Assembly: GCA_051652765.1 (NCBI GenBank)
Contig: JBOFUV010000116.1
Location: 1-45,078, forward strand
Direction of reading: 5' to 3'
DNA from: Microcoleaceae cyanobacterium
Lineage (GTDB): Bacteria > Cyanobacteriota > Cyanobacteriia > Cyanobacteriales > Microcoleaceae
Length of the DNA: 45,078 nucleotides
Part shown: one piece after another, positions 1 through 8,453 of the stretch
Layout: every line of letters starts with the position of its first letter
Numbering within the stretch: the first letter of the stretch is position 1
Translations under genes and position numbers: made by a program
The notes under the pieces: model-generated
What the model saw: only the letters and a program-made list of their open reading frames with translations
Databases searched by the model: none
Told to the model about the DNA's origin: nothing

Positions 1-138
1 GTTAGCTTGACTTGGGCGAGCTGACTGTCTCTTAACTCAGCAAAACGACCAGCGCAGATGATGCAAACCCTCTCTCAACATAGTCAGTCGCCCTTCGGTT
101 CAACTCCACAGGGAAGCTGTGGTGCGCTGGCAAGATAA
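1..138 (-). other. Gene-less integron cassette ending in the R'' box (AGCTAAC) of the next attC at the window edge
   Basis: Minus strand begins G/TTATCTTG at the attC crossover (139) and ends CAAGCTAAC (9-1), its near-complement, as expected for one cassette; no ORF. Confidence 0.7.
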
Positions 139-219
139 CGGATCAAATCAGCGGCGGCAGATAACTTTGAACTCAGCGCCAGTGGCTCTCAACCGTCCTC
201 TGCATTTGAATTGTTAGAC
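133..219 (-). other. attC site (87 bp)
   Basis: Minus strand: R'' GTCTAAC ... TCAAAT-G-CAG pairing with CTGATTTGA (bulged base) ... R' GTTATCT; lies 12 bp after the DUF5615 stop. Confidence 0.88.
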
Positions 220-231
220 TGAGCTAGGACT

Positions 232-585
232 TTAACGGAGAGGTAGATATTGCACTTGTCCTTCCCATTCGCCCTCAAAGCTTCCCTCCGCGATCAATAT
301 GATCTCTTCAATCGCCAGCCCAACTGGGACGCTGCGACTAATTTCAAAGACTCCTGGCATTTCTAATCCTGCCTGTACACGCTCGTAAGCATATCGGGTC
401 ATTGTTTCTACATCGTGAGTCAGCAAAACCCGACCTTGTTGCGCCGCCCATTCCAGAATGACTCGATCATCCGTTGTGGACAGACCTACATCTTGAACTC
501 TGACAATATCAATTTCAGGTCTTCGTCGCAGAATACCCCGAACAATTTGGTTGTTAAAGTTCTCGTCCGCTAAAAAGCGTAGCAT
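232..585 (-). CDS. DUF5615 family PIN-like toxin (VapC45-type)
   Basis: MLRFLADENF..., D..IL.WA....RVLLTHD motifs; coupled to the DUF433 gene; start moved to ATG 585. Confidence 0.88.
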   Translation of the reverse strand: MLRFLADENFNNQIVRGILRRRPEIDIVRVQDVGLSTTDDRVILEWAAQQGRVLLTHDVETMTRYAYERVQAGLEMPGVFEISRSVPVGLAIEEIILIAEGSFEGEWEGQVQYLPLR

Positions 586-586
586 C

Positions 587-925
587 TCAACTCTGTCTTT
601 GATGGTCAAGTCTTGACATTAGCCGATCGCGGATACCAATTGGATTGAAACGACGCTCGTTTTCTTGACGAACTTGTGCAGCACGCTCTTGTCGCATTTT
701 CAGATAAGCATCAACTTCAGTTTTTCGTCGTAGGTAGTAAGCAATCACCGAGTACACATCTGCGAGTTGAAGCGATGGATATTGCTCGACAATCTCTTCT
801 GCGGTGGCACCCTCCAAGAAGGCAGCAACCACAGTATCCAATGTGACGCGAGTTTTTCCGACAAGAACCACGCCATCCTCATTCAATTTTAGAGGAGTCG
901 GCTCAGTCACGATCGCTAGTGTCAT
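587..925 (-). CDS. DUF433 domain antitoxin
   Basis: GKTRVTLDTVV..F..GATAEEIVEQYPSLQLADVYSVIAYY is the DUF433 pattern; likely ATG 925; extended -10-like TGCTACCAT upstream. Confidence 0.88.
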   Translation of the reverse strand: MTLAIVTEPTPLKLNEDGVVLVGKTRVTLDTVVAAFLEGATAEEIVEQYPSLQLADVYSVIAYYLRRKTEVDAYLKMRQERAAQVRQENERRFNPIGIRDRLMSRLDHQRQS

Positions 926-1001
926 AACCACCACCAAGTTCACTGATTTGATGGTAGCAGACCTTCGTAGGATTTAGGGCATATGGTTTAGGCTGCCTAC
1001 C

Positions 1002-1121
1002 CTATTGCCCGACCAGTGCTTGGAATTGCTTATCTCGGCGGATGCTATCAAAGTCAGCGTCGGTTTTTGCTGTATCCCGAAAGCCTGCATCTAAATCAAT
1101 GGTTCGTTGCAAGTTCTCTAG
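1002..1121 (-). pseudogene. 3' remnant of a TPR-protein gene
   Basis: Hand translation LENLQRTIDLDAGFRDTAKTDADFDSIRRDKQFQALVGQ* resembles the C-terminal capping motif of cyanobacterial TPR proteins. Confidence 0.65.
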
Positions 1122-1319
1122 GAACGTGCTCCATCGCTTCTCGCAACGTATCGAACTCATTTAAGCTCTTACGAATGCGGCTCTTGAGCCATGACCAACA
1201 CCGCTCAATCTGGTTGAGGTCAGGGGAATAGGGAGGCAAGTACCATACCTCGCAGCCCGCCGCCTTCACCAACTGTTCAATGTGCCCCCCCTTATGAAAG
1301 GTGGCATTGTCAATTATAG
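1122..1319 (-). mobile_element. IS630-family transposase fragment
   Basis: IIDNATFHK ... YLPPYSPDLNQIERCWSWLK DDE motif; N-terminus missing. Confidence 0.85.
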
Positions 1320-1367
1320 CAGTCGCCCTTCGGTTCAACTCCACAGGGAAGTTGTGGTGCGCTGGCA

Positions 1368-1453
1368 AGATAACGACCAAGATAAGTGGCGGTAGATAAC
1401 CTCGGCATCACCACCAAGATCTCTCGCCCGTCCGCTTCATCGACTTGTTAGGC
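1368..1453 (-). other. attC site (86 bp)
   Basis: Minus strand: R'' GCCTAAC ... GAT-G-AAG pairing with CTTATC ... R' GTTATCT; similar length and internal motif to the attC at 133-219. Confidence 0.88.
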
Positions 1454-1502
1454 TGCGATCGCTACTCAACTATTGATCTATAATCGTCCATCTAAACGAG
1501 CC

Positions 1503-2000
1503 TCACTCCTGATTAGCATGGATCGCTCTCTTTTTCGGTGTTTCAACAAGTACAGAAATCACGAGCAAACTTAGCCCAATGATTTTGATAAAGGCGTTTG
1601 CCGCGTGTGCATACTCCCATTGGTCACGATACCGCGTCCAATTTACTGGAACGGGATTCGTCAACCATCTGGCGAATTCAGCGTTCATTGGTGCGACAAA
1701 CATTATCCAACTCACAAATGCCAACACCAAGAGAATCGCTCCGCTCAACGTCCAGTAAAAAGTTGAACCGCGTCTGCGAACAAGAAATGTCAGCACAATT
1801 GCCGTCAGAATCGCTGTAATTTCAAAAGCTGCGCCGACTGAGCCAAACAACCGATAAATATTTTCAAAAACCGTCACTCTAACCCAAAGTTGCTGGTTAA
1901 ACTGCATTCTTTGCGGTAACTCCAGCAAATGTGCCATAGACAAGCTGAGACTAAGCGAAGTCAGCATAAGTGTTATGAATCGCCACGCTCGTATGAACAT
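1503..2000 (-). CDS. DUF1772/anthrone oxygenase-like membrane protein (gene cassette)
   Basis: Four hydrophobic helices, AHLLELP, P.N..F..W, W...R..WE..H motifs; followed by attC; start ATG 2000 or GTG 2018. Confidence 0.75.
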   Translation of the reverse strand: MFIRAWRFITLMLTSLSLSLSMAHLLELPQRMQFNQQLWVRVTVFENIYRLFGSVGAAFEITAILTAIVLTFLVRRRGSTFYWTLSGAILLVLAFVSWIMFVAPMNAEFARWLTNPVPVNWTRYRDQWEYAHAANAFIKIIGLSLLVISVLVETPKKRAIHANQE

Positions 2001-2169
2001 TATTTTGCTTTGCCTCACAACAGCCGCCTCGGTGTCTTATGTTACACATACACTGAAATGCTGCGTAACTACCAAATGGCATAACTAATTAGTAGATGGG
2101 CTTAAAGTTTCCAACCAGTAATTTCCTAGAATAACTTTCTTCGAGTAGTTCCCACCGATAACGTGAGCA

Positions 2170-2188
2170 GCCTAACTAGCTGTTATAT
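2170..2188 (-). other. attI-like core site
   Basis: Minus strand ATATAAC-AGCTA-GTTAGGC (L box, 5 bp, R box); GTTAGGCTGC is the exact complement of the R'' GCAGCCTAAC of the first cassette's attC; lies between the array and the intI start. Confidence 0.72.
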
Positions 2189-2405
2189 TGAAATTTTCTG
2201 CATAACCAACGCTTTTAGGATGATTACCTTGAAACTTTCCATATAATCCACCCTGATACTGCAACTATACTGAAACCTTCTGGGTATACATCCTAAATTT
2301 GAGGATTATCCTGAAATTTTCCGTATATTCTCATGATGAAACACAGCAATGTTCGGCCTAATATCGATTTATTCGGAGCATTACCTTGAAATTTTCTGTA
2401 TAACC
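2189..2405. repeat. Five TGAAA(T/C)(T/C)TTC..TATA-like direct repeats between attI and intI
   Basis: Copies start at 2189, 2230, 2271, 2312 (41-bp period) and 2387. Confidence 0.75.
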
Positions 2406-2409
2406 CCAA

Positions 2410-2493
2410 ATGGAACAACGCCCCAAAAAGCTGTTGGAGCAGGTGCGCGATGTGATTCAGCTCAAGCACTATGATAGAAGAAGCTATTTCTAG
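2410..2493 (+). pseudogene. intI: Truncated integron integrase (N-terminal stub)
   Basis: MEQRPKKLLEQVRDVIQLKHY matches the IntI N-terminus (KLLDQVR..IRLKHYS); divergent from the cassettes; similarity lost after ~2472. Confidence 0.85.
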
Positions 2494-2537
2494 CTCAATA
2501 GTTGAATAAATCTGTGGTGAGTTACGCTTGAGTTCAG

Positions 2538-2672
2538 ATTGATCTCACACTAAACCCGCGTTGATCTCAAACTCAGATCAAGTTGATCGCAGAGCATTTG
2601 CCCGTTGATCTCATACTAAACCCGCGTTGATCTCACACTAAACCCGCGTTGATCTCATACCAAACCCGCGTT
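2538..2672 (+). repeat. Six 22-bp tandem units, consensus GTTGATCTCACACTAAACCCGC
   Basis: GATC at 2541, 2563, 2585, 2607, 2629, 2651. Confidence 0.9.
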
Positions 2673-2780
2673 AGTTGTGATCCCTTATACTATCAAATCC
2701 GGCTGATTGCTGGTGATCAGGGAGGTGTAGAGGCTGATAATATCCTAGCCAACTCATTAGTTACAACATTTCATAAGAGA

Positions 2781-2866
2781 GTTTAACGGTTCGCTTGATC
2801 GGCTGCAAATAACTTTCGCAATGTGCTAAGTTCTTTGGGCAATTCGCTTGGAGCGAATTGTTAGAA
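2781..2866 (-). other. attC site (86 bp)
   Basis: Minus strand: R'' TTCTAAC (contains the hydrolase stop TAA) ... TTCGCT/AGCGAA stem ... R' GTTAAAC. Confidence 0.8.
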
Positions 2867-3595
2867 AGACTTTTGCAAATGTTTGTTAAAGAACTGGATA
2901 AGCTCATGCCATGAGTCTTCAGCAGCCAAGCGGTTGTAGGAAGAACGCTCATGGCAGAAAAAACCATGATCGGCATCAGGATAAACCTTCAATGTGTATT
3001 CCTTGCCAAGTTCCTTGAACCGTGACTCGACTTGATGAATACGTTCAATTGAAATGAATGGATCAACACCACCGTGAAACAAATATACAGGTACCGTGAT
3101 GTTGGACACGGACTCAATCCACTCAGCTAAAACCATTCCGTAGAAGGGAGCCGCTGCAACAATTTTGTCCGAAAACTTGCAAGCAGTGAGAAAGGTCAGA
3201 CCGCCACCCAAACAGAATCCAGTTACTCCGACCCGCTCTGGAGAAACGTCGGGTTGTGACTGCACGTAAGCGATCGCCGCTCTAATATCCTCCTCTACTG
3301 GCTTGCCGAAATCGAGGCGGTACATCATTGCCATCGCTTGCTCAACTTCGCTATATTCAAACTTGTTGTTGGGCAACTCACGATAGTAGAGATCTGGCGT
3401 GAGAACTACGTAGCCTTCCTTTGCAATTCGGGTTGCTACATCTCGGATATGGGGAGTCAAGCCGAATGCTTCCATCAAAAGAATCACGCCTGGTTGTTGT
3501 TCGCCCTCAGCAGACTTGTACAAGAATGCAGGCATTTGTCCCTCAGGCGTAGAAATTATGACCTCTGTCTCTTTGATTGGCACGTTATTCAGCAA
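2861..3595 (-). CDS. Dienelactone hydrolase family protein
   Basis: EAFGL, GVTGFCLGG nucleophile motif, DP, YPDADHGF; true start may be GTG 3583. Confidence 0.93.
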   Translation of the reverse strand: MLNNVPIKETEVIISTPEGQMPAFLYKSAEGEQQPGVILLMEAFGLTPHIRDVATRIAKEGYVVLTPDLYYRELPNNKFEYSEVEQAMAMMYRLDFGKPVEEDIRAAIAYVQSQPDVSPERVGVTGFCLGGGLTFLTACKFSDKIVAAAPFYGMVLAEWIESVSNITVPVYLFHGGVDPFISIERIHQVESRFKELGKEYTLKVYPDADHGFFCHERSSYNRLAAEDSWHELIQFFNKHLQKSF

Positions 3596-3614
3596 CGCCG
3601 AAAATTCCTCAATC

Positions 3615-3655
3615 TTATCAACAATTCTTTATCAACAATTCTTTATCAACAATTC
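3615..3655. repeat. 3 x 14-bp tandem repeat TTATCAACAATTCT
   Basis: Direct reading. Confidence 0.85.
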
Positions 3656-3810
3656 GGATTTGCTCCTCAAGAGGAGGAAGAGCAATAGGGCTCCAAACTC
3701 TGCTTTACCTGGAAAAAAGGCAACCCTGCTCTATTCCTATTGTAGGTTTCAAATGGAGGTAACGATCTCATAATGCGGGCGATCGCCCGCCAAATCCCAT
3801 CTCTTTACCG

Positions 3811-5529
3811 TTACGCCAAATCCTGTTGCTGCACCGGGATTTCGATCGTAAACTTTGTGCCTGCTCCCGGTGTTGAATCACAGTAGAGTTTGCCGTTGTG
3901 CTTCTCGGTGATGATTTGATAGCTAATGGAGAGTCCTAAACCCGTGCCTTTGCCGACATCTTTGGTGGTGTAGAATGGATCAAAGATGCGCGATCGCACG
4001 TCTTCGGGAATGCCTATTCCATTATCGGTGATGGTGGTTTTGATGTGATTGTGATCGCCAACTTCCGTATGAATCCAAATGCTATTCGGGTTACGCTCAA
4101 TGTCCTGAAATGTGCGGCGCTGATTCGAGTCTTCGAGGGCATCAATGGCATTACTGAGCAGATTCATAAACACTTGGTTCAGTTGTCCGGCATAGCATTC
4201 CACTTCGGGCAGATCGCCATACTGTTTAATGACTTGAATCGCTGGACGGTTTGCGGTGGCCTGAAACCGATGCTGCAAAATCAGCAGAGTATTATCAATG
4301 CCTTCATGGATATCCACCGCCTTGAATTCTGATTCATCCAAACGCGAGAAGTTGCGTAGCGAGAGCACAATTGTGCGAATGCGATCGGTGCCAATTTGCA
4401 TCGATTTTAGGATCTGGGTGATATCTTCGGTTAAGAAGTCGAGATCAGTCGCTTCGATCTGGTCTTGCAGGGCTGGGGGCGGTTCGGGAACATATTGCTG
4501 ATACGTGTGGACGAGTCCTAAAAGATCCTGAGTGTAGGTGTTGATATGGGTTAAATTGCCGTGAATAAAACTGACGGGGTTATTGATCTCGTGGGCAACA
4601 CCAGCCACCATTTGACCTAGGGCCGACATTTTTTCTGCCTGAATCATTTGGTTTTGGGTACTATGCAGTTCGGTTAAGGTGGTTTTGAGCTGGATATTTT
4701 TGGCGCTTAATTCCTGGATTGCGGTTGCCAACTCTTGAGCTTGCAGGTGCAGTTCTTGCTGGTATGCCTCTACTTTGGTCGCCGCCGATTGCATGGTCTG
4801 AGCCAGGAATCGGATTTCGTTATCAGGCAATCCCTGGGGCATGACAAACTGGTCAATGCCATTGCGATCGGTGATGGCTTTATTCAATTTTTGGAGGGGA
4901 TTCAAGACTGTGCGCTGAATTAGCAACGTCATCAGGGCCAAAATGGCAGCCATACCCATCAGCAGGGTGAGGGTAGAAGTCCAGAAGGTTTGCCAAGCTT
5001 GCTGTTGCAGCTCTTTGGTATCGAGAATGGCAATCGCCAGCCCCCGGCGATCGGCCTGACCAAATAGGGTGCTGCTAAAGGGCAAAACGGCGACTAGGGC
5101 CGACTTGCCATCGATCGTGGTTCTGAAATTCGTTTCCAAACCGGTTTGAGCCGCCTGTTCTAATACTTGAGCCAATTCTGGGTGAATGGAAGCATAAAGT
5201 GAGTTTTGGTGTGCTGATCCGCTCCGCGCCAGGGTTTGGCCATTGGGGCTAACGATCGCCACTTCTACCACCGTGGGCAGGGTTGCGTAGTTTTGCACCA
5301 CGCGCTTGATAATGCTGGTATTTCCCAGTTCGATTAATCCCTCCGTAGAAAACCCGACTCCCTGGGTAATCGATTGGGCGCGTTGCTCTAGCTCTTTCTC
5401 TAATTTTCCTTGAATCAAGACGTAGTTGAATCCTAAGGTGGTTAAGCCGACCGTTGCCAGAGAAATAGCAAATCCCATCAAGAGTTGACGGGATAAGTGA
5501 CGTTTAGGTTGCTGGATCATGGCTTCCAT
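3811..5529 (-). CDS. Membrane sensor histidine kinase (2 TM, periplasmic domain, HAMP-like, HisKA, HATPase)
   Basis: AGVAHEINNP H-box; NLLSNAIDA, DNGIGI, FDPFYTTK, GTGLGL. Confidence 0.95.
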   Translation of the reverse strand: MEAMIQQPKRHLSRQLLMGFAISLATVGLTTLGFNYVLIQGKLEKELEQRAQSITQGVGFSTEGLIELGNTSIIKRVVQNYATLPTVVEVAIVSPNGQTLARSGSAHQNSLYASIHPELAQVLEQAAQTGLETNFRTTIDGKSALVAVLPFSSTLFGQADRRGLAIAILDTKELQQQAWQTFWTSTLTLLMGMAAILALMTLLIQRTVLNPLQKLNKAITDRNGIDQFVMPQGLPDNEIRFLAQTMQSAATKVEAYQQELHLQAQELATAIQELSAKNIQLKTTLTELHSTQNQMIQAEKMSALGQMVAGVAHEINNPVSFIHGNLTHINTYTQDLLGLVHTYQQYVPEPPPALQDQIEATDLDFLTEDITQILKSMQIGTDRIRTIVLSLRNFSRLDESEFKAVDIHEGIDNTLLILQHRFQATANRPAIQVIKQYGDLPEVECYAGQLNQVFMNLLSNAIDALEDSNQRRTFQDIERNPNSIWIHTEVGDHNHIKTTITDNGIGIPEDVRSRIFDPFYTTKDVGKGTGLGLSISYQIITEKHNGKLYCDSTPGAGTKFTIEIPVQQQDLA

Positions 5530-6569
5530 CCTGCGATTGCTTCATTCACGAGGGTGCCATCAATCTCCATATCTTGCTGAATCACCCGGCCATGACGCGG
5601 ATCGGCTTTGAGCAATTGGATAATTTCTGCCTTTGCCGACTTGAGCCGCCCCTCTGGGGCAAACAGCCGCTGGTTCAAAGCTATATCGCCCTTTTTCAAC
5701 CCCGCATAATCACTGGCAAACGCCTCCCCACTTTGCCCTAGGGCTTTGCCAACGGTGCTAAATACCTCGGACGGCTGGGTTTCCACGGCGTGCATGACAT
5801 CAAACCAGGCCAGCATAAATTGTTTAAGTTCGGCTTTTTTCGTGTTCACGATCTGGTCACTCGACATCAAGATATCAATCACTAAACTATCCACCTGCTT
5901 AGTGGTGTGAATGATATTCCCCTTGATGAGCTTGGCTGTTTCCCCCAGCATCGGCTCCCACAACACCGCCCCATCGATCGCACCGGCTTTAATTTTCTCG
6001 GCTGCGACCTCATTGGAGTAATCCAAAATCTCCACGTCAGCGGGCTGAATTTGATGGGCTTTCAACGCCTCCAGTAAAATTAAGTGATTGACAGTGCCAA
6101 GCTTGGCACCTACTTTTTTGCCGCGCAAATCAGCGACGGATTTAACGCCTGGTTGGGCAACAATGCCGTCCGCTCCCGCAGAAATATTGGTTGTCAAAAG
6201 CACCAGAGGTTTGCTATCTCCCGGATCAACCTGCATCACATCCCAGAAAGATGCAAATGCGGCATCTAAGCTACCGCGCATCACAGCCCGACTGGAATCT
6301 TGCTGGTTATCAAATTGCACCAATTCCACGGTTAGCCCCCGCTGCTTGAAGATCCCTGCGGGTTGGGCATAGCGAATAACGTCAAACCCCATCCAACTGG
6401 TAATGCCAATCCGGAGTGGCTGGAGTGATTGGTTTGACCCGATACTACAGGCATGGGTCAGAAACGCGAGGGAAAGGGCGATCGCAAACAAACAGGCTCG
6501 CTTGATCCCGACCTTCAATGCGTGCTTCCACCCAATTCTCAATATGTCGATCAGCAGAGCAATTTTCAT
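5517..6569 (-). CDS. ABC-type substrate-binding lipoprotein (SsuA/THI5-like)
   Basis: Lipobox-like THAC; W.G, S.GADGIVA, SVADLRGKKVG, WEP motifs; overlaps the kinase start. Confidence 0.85.
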   Translation of the reverse strand: MKIALLIDILRIGWKHALKVGIKRACLFAIALSLAFLTHACSIGSNQSLQPLRIGITSWMGFDVIRYAQPAGIFKQRGLTVELVQFDNQQDSSRAVMRGSLDAAFASFWDVMQVDPGDSKPLVLLTTNISAGADGIVAQPGVKSVADLRGKKVGAKLGTVNHLILLEALKAHQIQPADVEILDYSNEVAAEKIKAGAIDGAVLWEPMLGETAKLIKGNIIHTTKQVDSLVIDILMSSDQIVNTKKAELKQFMLAWFDVMHAVETQPSEVFSTVGKALGQSGEAFASDYAGLKKGDIALNQRLFAPEGRLKSAKAEIIQLLKADPRHGRVIQQDMEIDGTLVNEAIAGWKP

Positions 6570-6695
6570 GATTGGTGCTCCTTTTGGGAAAACTCCTATT
6601 AACCTTTAAGATTCCCCAAAACTATCGTTGGCAGAACAATGCTGTGAATATTTTACAGTCTTACAAACTACCTCAGCATTACAGGTTTGAAGAAA

Positions 6696-6871
6696 GATCA
6701 ACGCGGGTGCAGAGTATGATCAACTTGAATTTAGGTCGAGATCAACTCAGGTTTAAGGACAGATCAACTTGAGCTTAGGTGTAGATCAACGCTAACTCAC
6801 TCCCTGTCTGCGTTGAACCTAGATCAAGATCAACAGTAACATGATCTAAGTTCAACCTGAACTAACACACA
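6696..6871 (-). repeat. 22-bp-period GATCAAC array, inverted relative to 2538-2672
   Basis: GATCAAC at 6696, 6718, 6740, 6762, 6784, 6828 and GTTCAAC at 6850, all in phase; ends ...AACACACA. Confidence 0.85.
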
Positions 6872-7243
6872 ACCCACCGGGAAGTTACTCTAGAACCAAG
6901 CTGGAAATATTTTCTTCCATTAAAAGTAGTAAGGAATTTCAGCGTATTGGTCAGATTAGTATTCTCCAAAACCTTAGCCGTGATACTGAGTCCCAGAGGG
7001 ATAAGAGGAATAACCTGTTCCGAAACATCGTCTCTCCGCTTGGGGAAAAACAGATGTTAGTGCGCTCTGCTTTGGGGATTGGTGCGGGCATCAGGTTGCA
7101 ATTTACCTATTGCCTCTGAATAGTTGTTGAAGTATGATGCCAGTCAAGGCCAAACCGTTGTGGGGTCGGGGTATTTTGGGTAATGAAGTTATAATCAATG
7201 TTTTTAGTGGCGTAATCCTAAAACCTGAAGCGTTGGAGAACCA

Positions 7244-7567
7244 ATGATGACCTTAATCGAATCCCCAAAAAGAATAGTCACTCCTTTAGGGCTGACCATC
7301 GACCCCAAAAAATTAGAGGAGCGAGTCAAAAAACTCAAGGAGTTTGGTGATCAGTGCTCTCAAATTTACGAAGAACTGAAACCTCAGCTCACACTTCAAC
7401 ATCCAGGTTGGTTTATTGCCGTCAACCCTTACACTCAGGAATATCTGCTTTCAGACAGTCGAACTGACTTATCCTACCAAATCAAACAGAAATATAAAGG
7501 CTGTAGAACTCCTCAAGTCACTGTCTTTCGACTAGCTGAAAACCGAACAGTAGGAGCACTGTTATGA
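7244..7567 (+). CDS. Small hypothetical protein, DUF5678-like
   Basis: L..QHPGWFIAVNP.T.EYLL pattern; ATGA overlap with the protease gene. Confidence 0.6.
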   Translation: MMTLIESPKRIVTPLGLTIDPKKLEERVKKLKEFGDQCSQIYEELKPQLTLQHPGWFIAVNPYTQEYLLSDSRTDLSYQIKQKYKGCRTPQVTVFRLAENRTVGALL

Positions 7568-7947
7568 TTCAGGGTCGCTTTGGGCCAAAGAACGAGTTGA
7601 TTTTTCCAATTGAGTTGATTGCTGCTAATGGAGAAAGATTTGAAGTAGAAGCGATGCTTGATACAGGCTTCACATCAGAGATTTTATATCTTGACTCTCA
7701 AGATGCCGATGCTTTAGGTTGGGAACCTACTCCAGAAATCAGAAGACTGGCTACGGCTTGGGGGGAAGGAGAGTTCCAAATTTATGAAGCCAAAATTGCT
7801 TTGGATAGTAAAGAGTTTGAGGTAGAAGCAGTGATTGGCGATCGCTTGATAGAACTCCTTCTCGGTTCCCCTGTCTTTAATATCGCTCGTCTACAGGTTG
7901 ATAAGCATCGGCAGGTTTTAACCCTAGAAATCATAGATGAAAACTGA
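7564..7947 (+). CDS. Clan AA (retropepsin-like) aspartyl protease
   Basis: VEAMLDTGFT catalytic motif and LLG flap motif. Confidence 0.88.
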   Translation: MIQGRFGPKNELIFPIELIAANGERFEVEAMLDTGFTSEILYLDSQDADALGWEPTPEIRRLATAWGEGEFQIYEAKIALDSKEFEVEAVIGDRLIELLLGSPVFNIARLQVDKHRQVLTLEIIDEN

Positions 7948-8069
7948 TGGAACTTCCAGTTGAACGCATCCGCCTAAGCCACAACAAGTTTCTGTATTCA
8001 TGCTGATGTGGATGAATGGGCATTGAAGGCTATAACAGATAATGAAACTGTCGTAACCTCGTCAATCCC

Positions 8070-8411
8070 ATGTCAGACTTAGAACAGCTTTGGATTACTG
8101 TCGAAGAACCCATCAAAGGAGCCAGAGAAACCTTTGATACGGGCGGGGGCTTTGGAACTGTGGCTGAACAGGTGGGTGGGCTATTCAAGCGCAGAGTGCC
8201 TGTGGATGCTCTCGCTTTAAAATCCCAGATGAACGGTCTGCTGAATGTGGTTGGAGATTTGTTTGATGAGGCTGAACAACAAACCGGAATGCAACTGACG
8301 GAGGTGACCCTCTCGGTTGAAATTAACGGTGAAGGGAAGGTTAGTTTAGTGGGAACTGGCGGGACATTGGGCAATAAGGGAGGCATCACACTCAAGTTCA
8401 CTCGCTCTTAA
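8070..8411 (+). CDS. Pepco/Trypco-like peptidase co-occurring small protein
   Basis: Helix then L.EV.LSVEI.GEG.V.L.GTGG..G..GGITLKF beta-hairpin; directly upstream of a caspase. Confidence 0.7.
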   Translation: MSDLEQLWITVEEPIKGARETFDTGGGFGTVAEQVGGLFKRRVPVDALALKSQMNGLLNVVGDLFDEAEQQTGMQLTEVTLSVEINGEGKVSLVGTGGTLGNKGGITLKFTRS

Positions 8412-8453
8412 AACCGTTTAATCAGACCGTTTAAAAGAGCTAAAGGGGGAAAT

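Noticed and set aside
2078..2095. Second attI-like box GGCATAAC-TAATT-AGTAG
   Set aside because: Left box is poor, and the first cassette's R'' matches the 2170-2176 site exactly instead
2538..2672. 22-bp repeats as a CRISPR array
   Set aside because: Units are contiguous with no unique spacers and no cas genes nearby
6880..7243. Possible gene remnant in the intergenic region
   Set aside because: Short frames only; no family recognisable by eye
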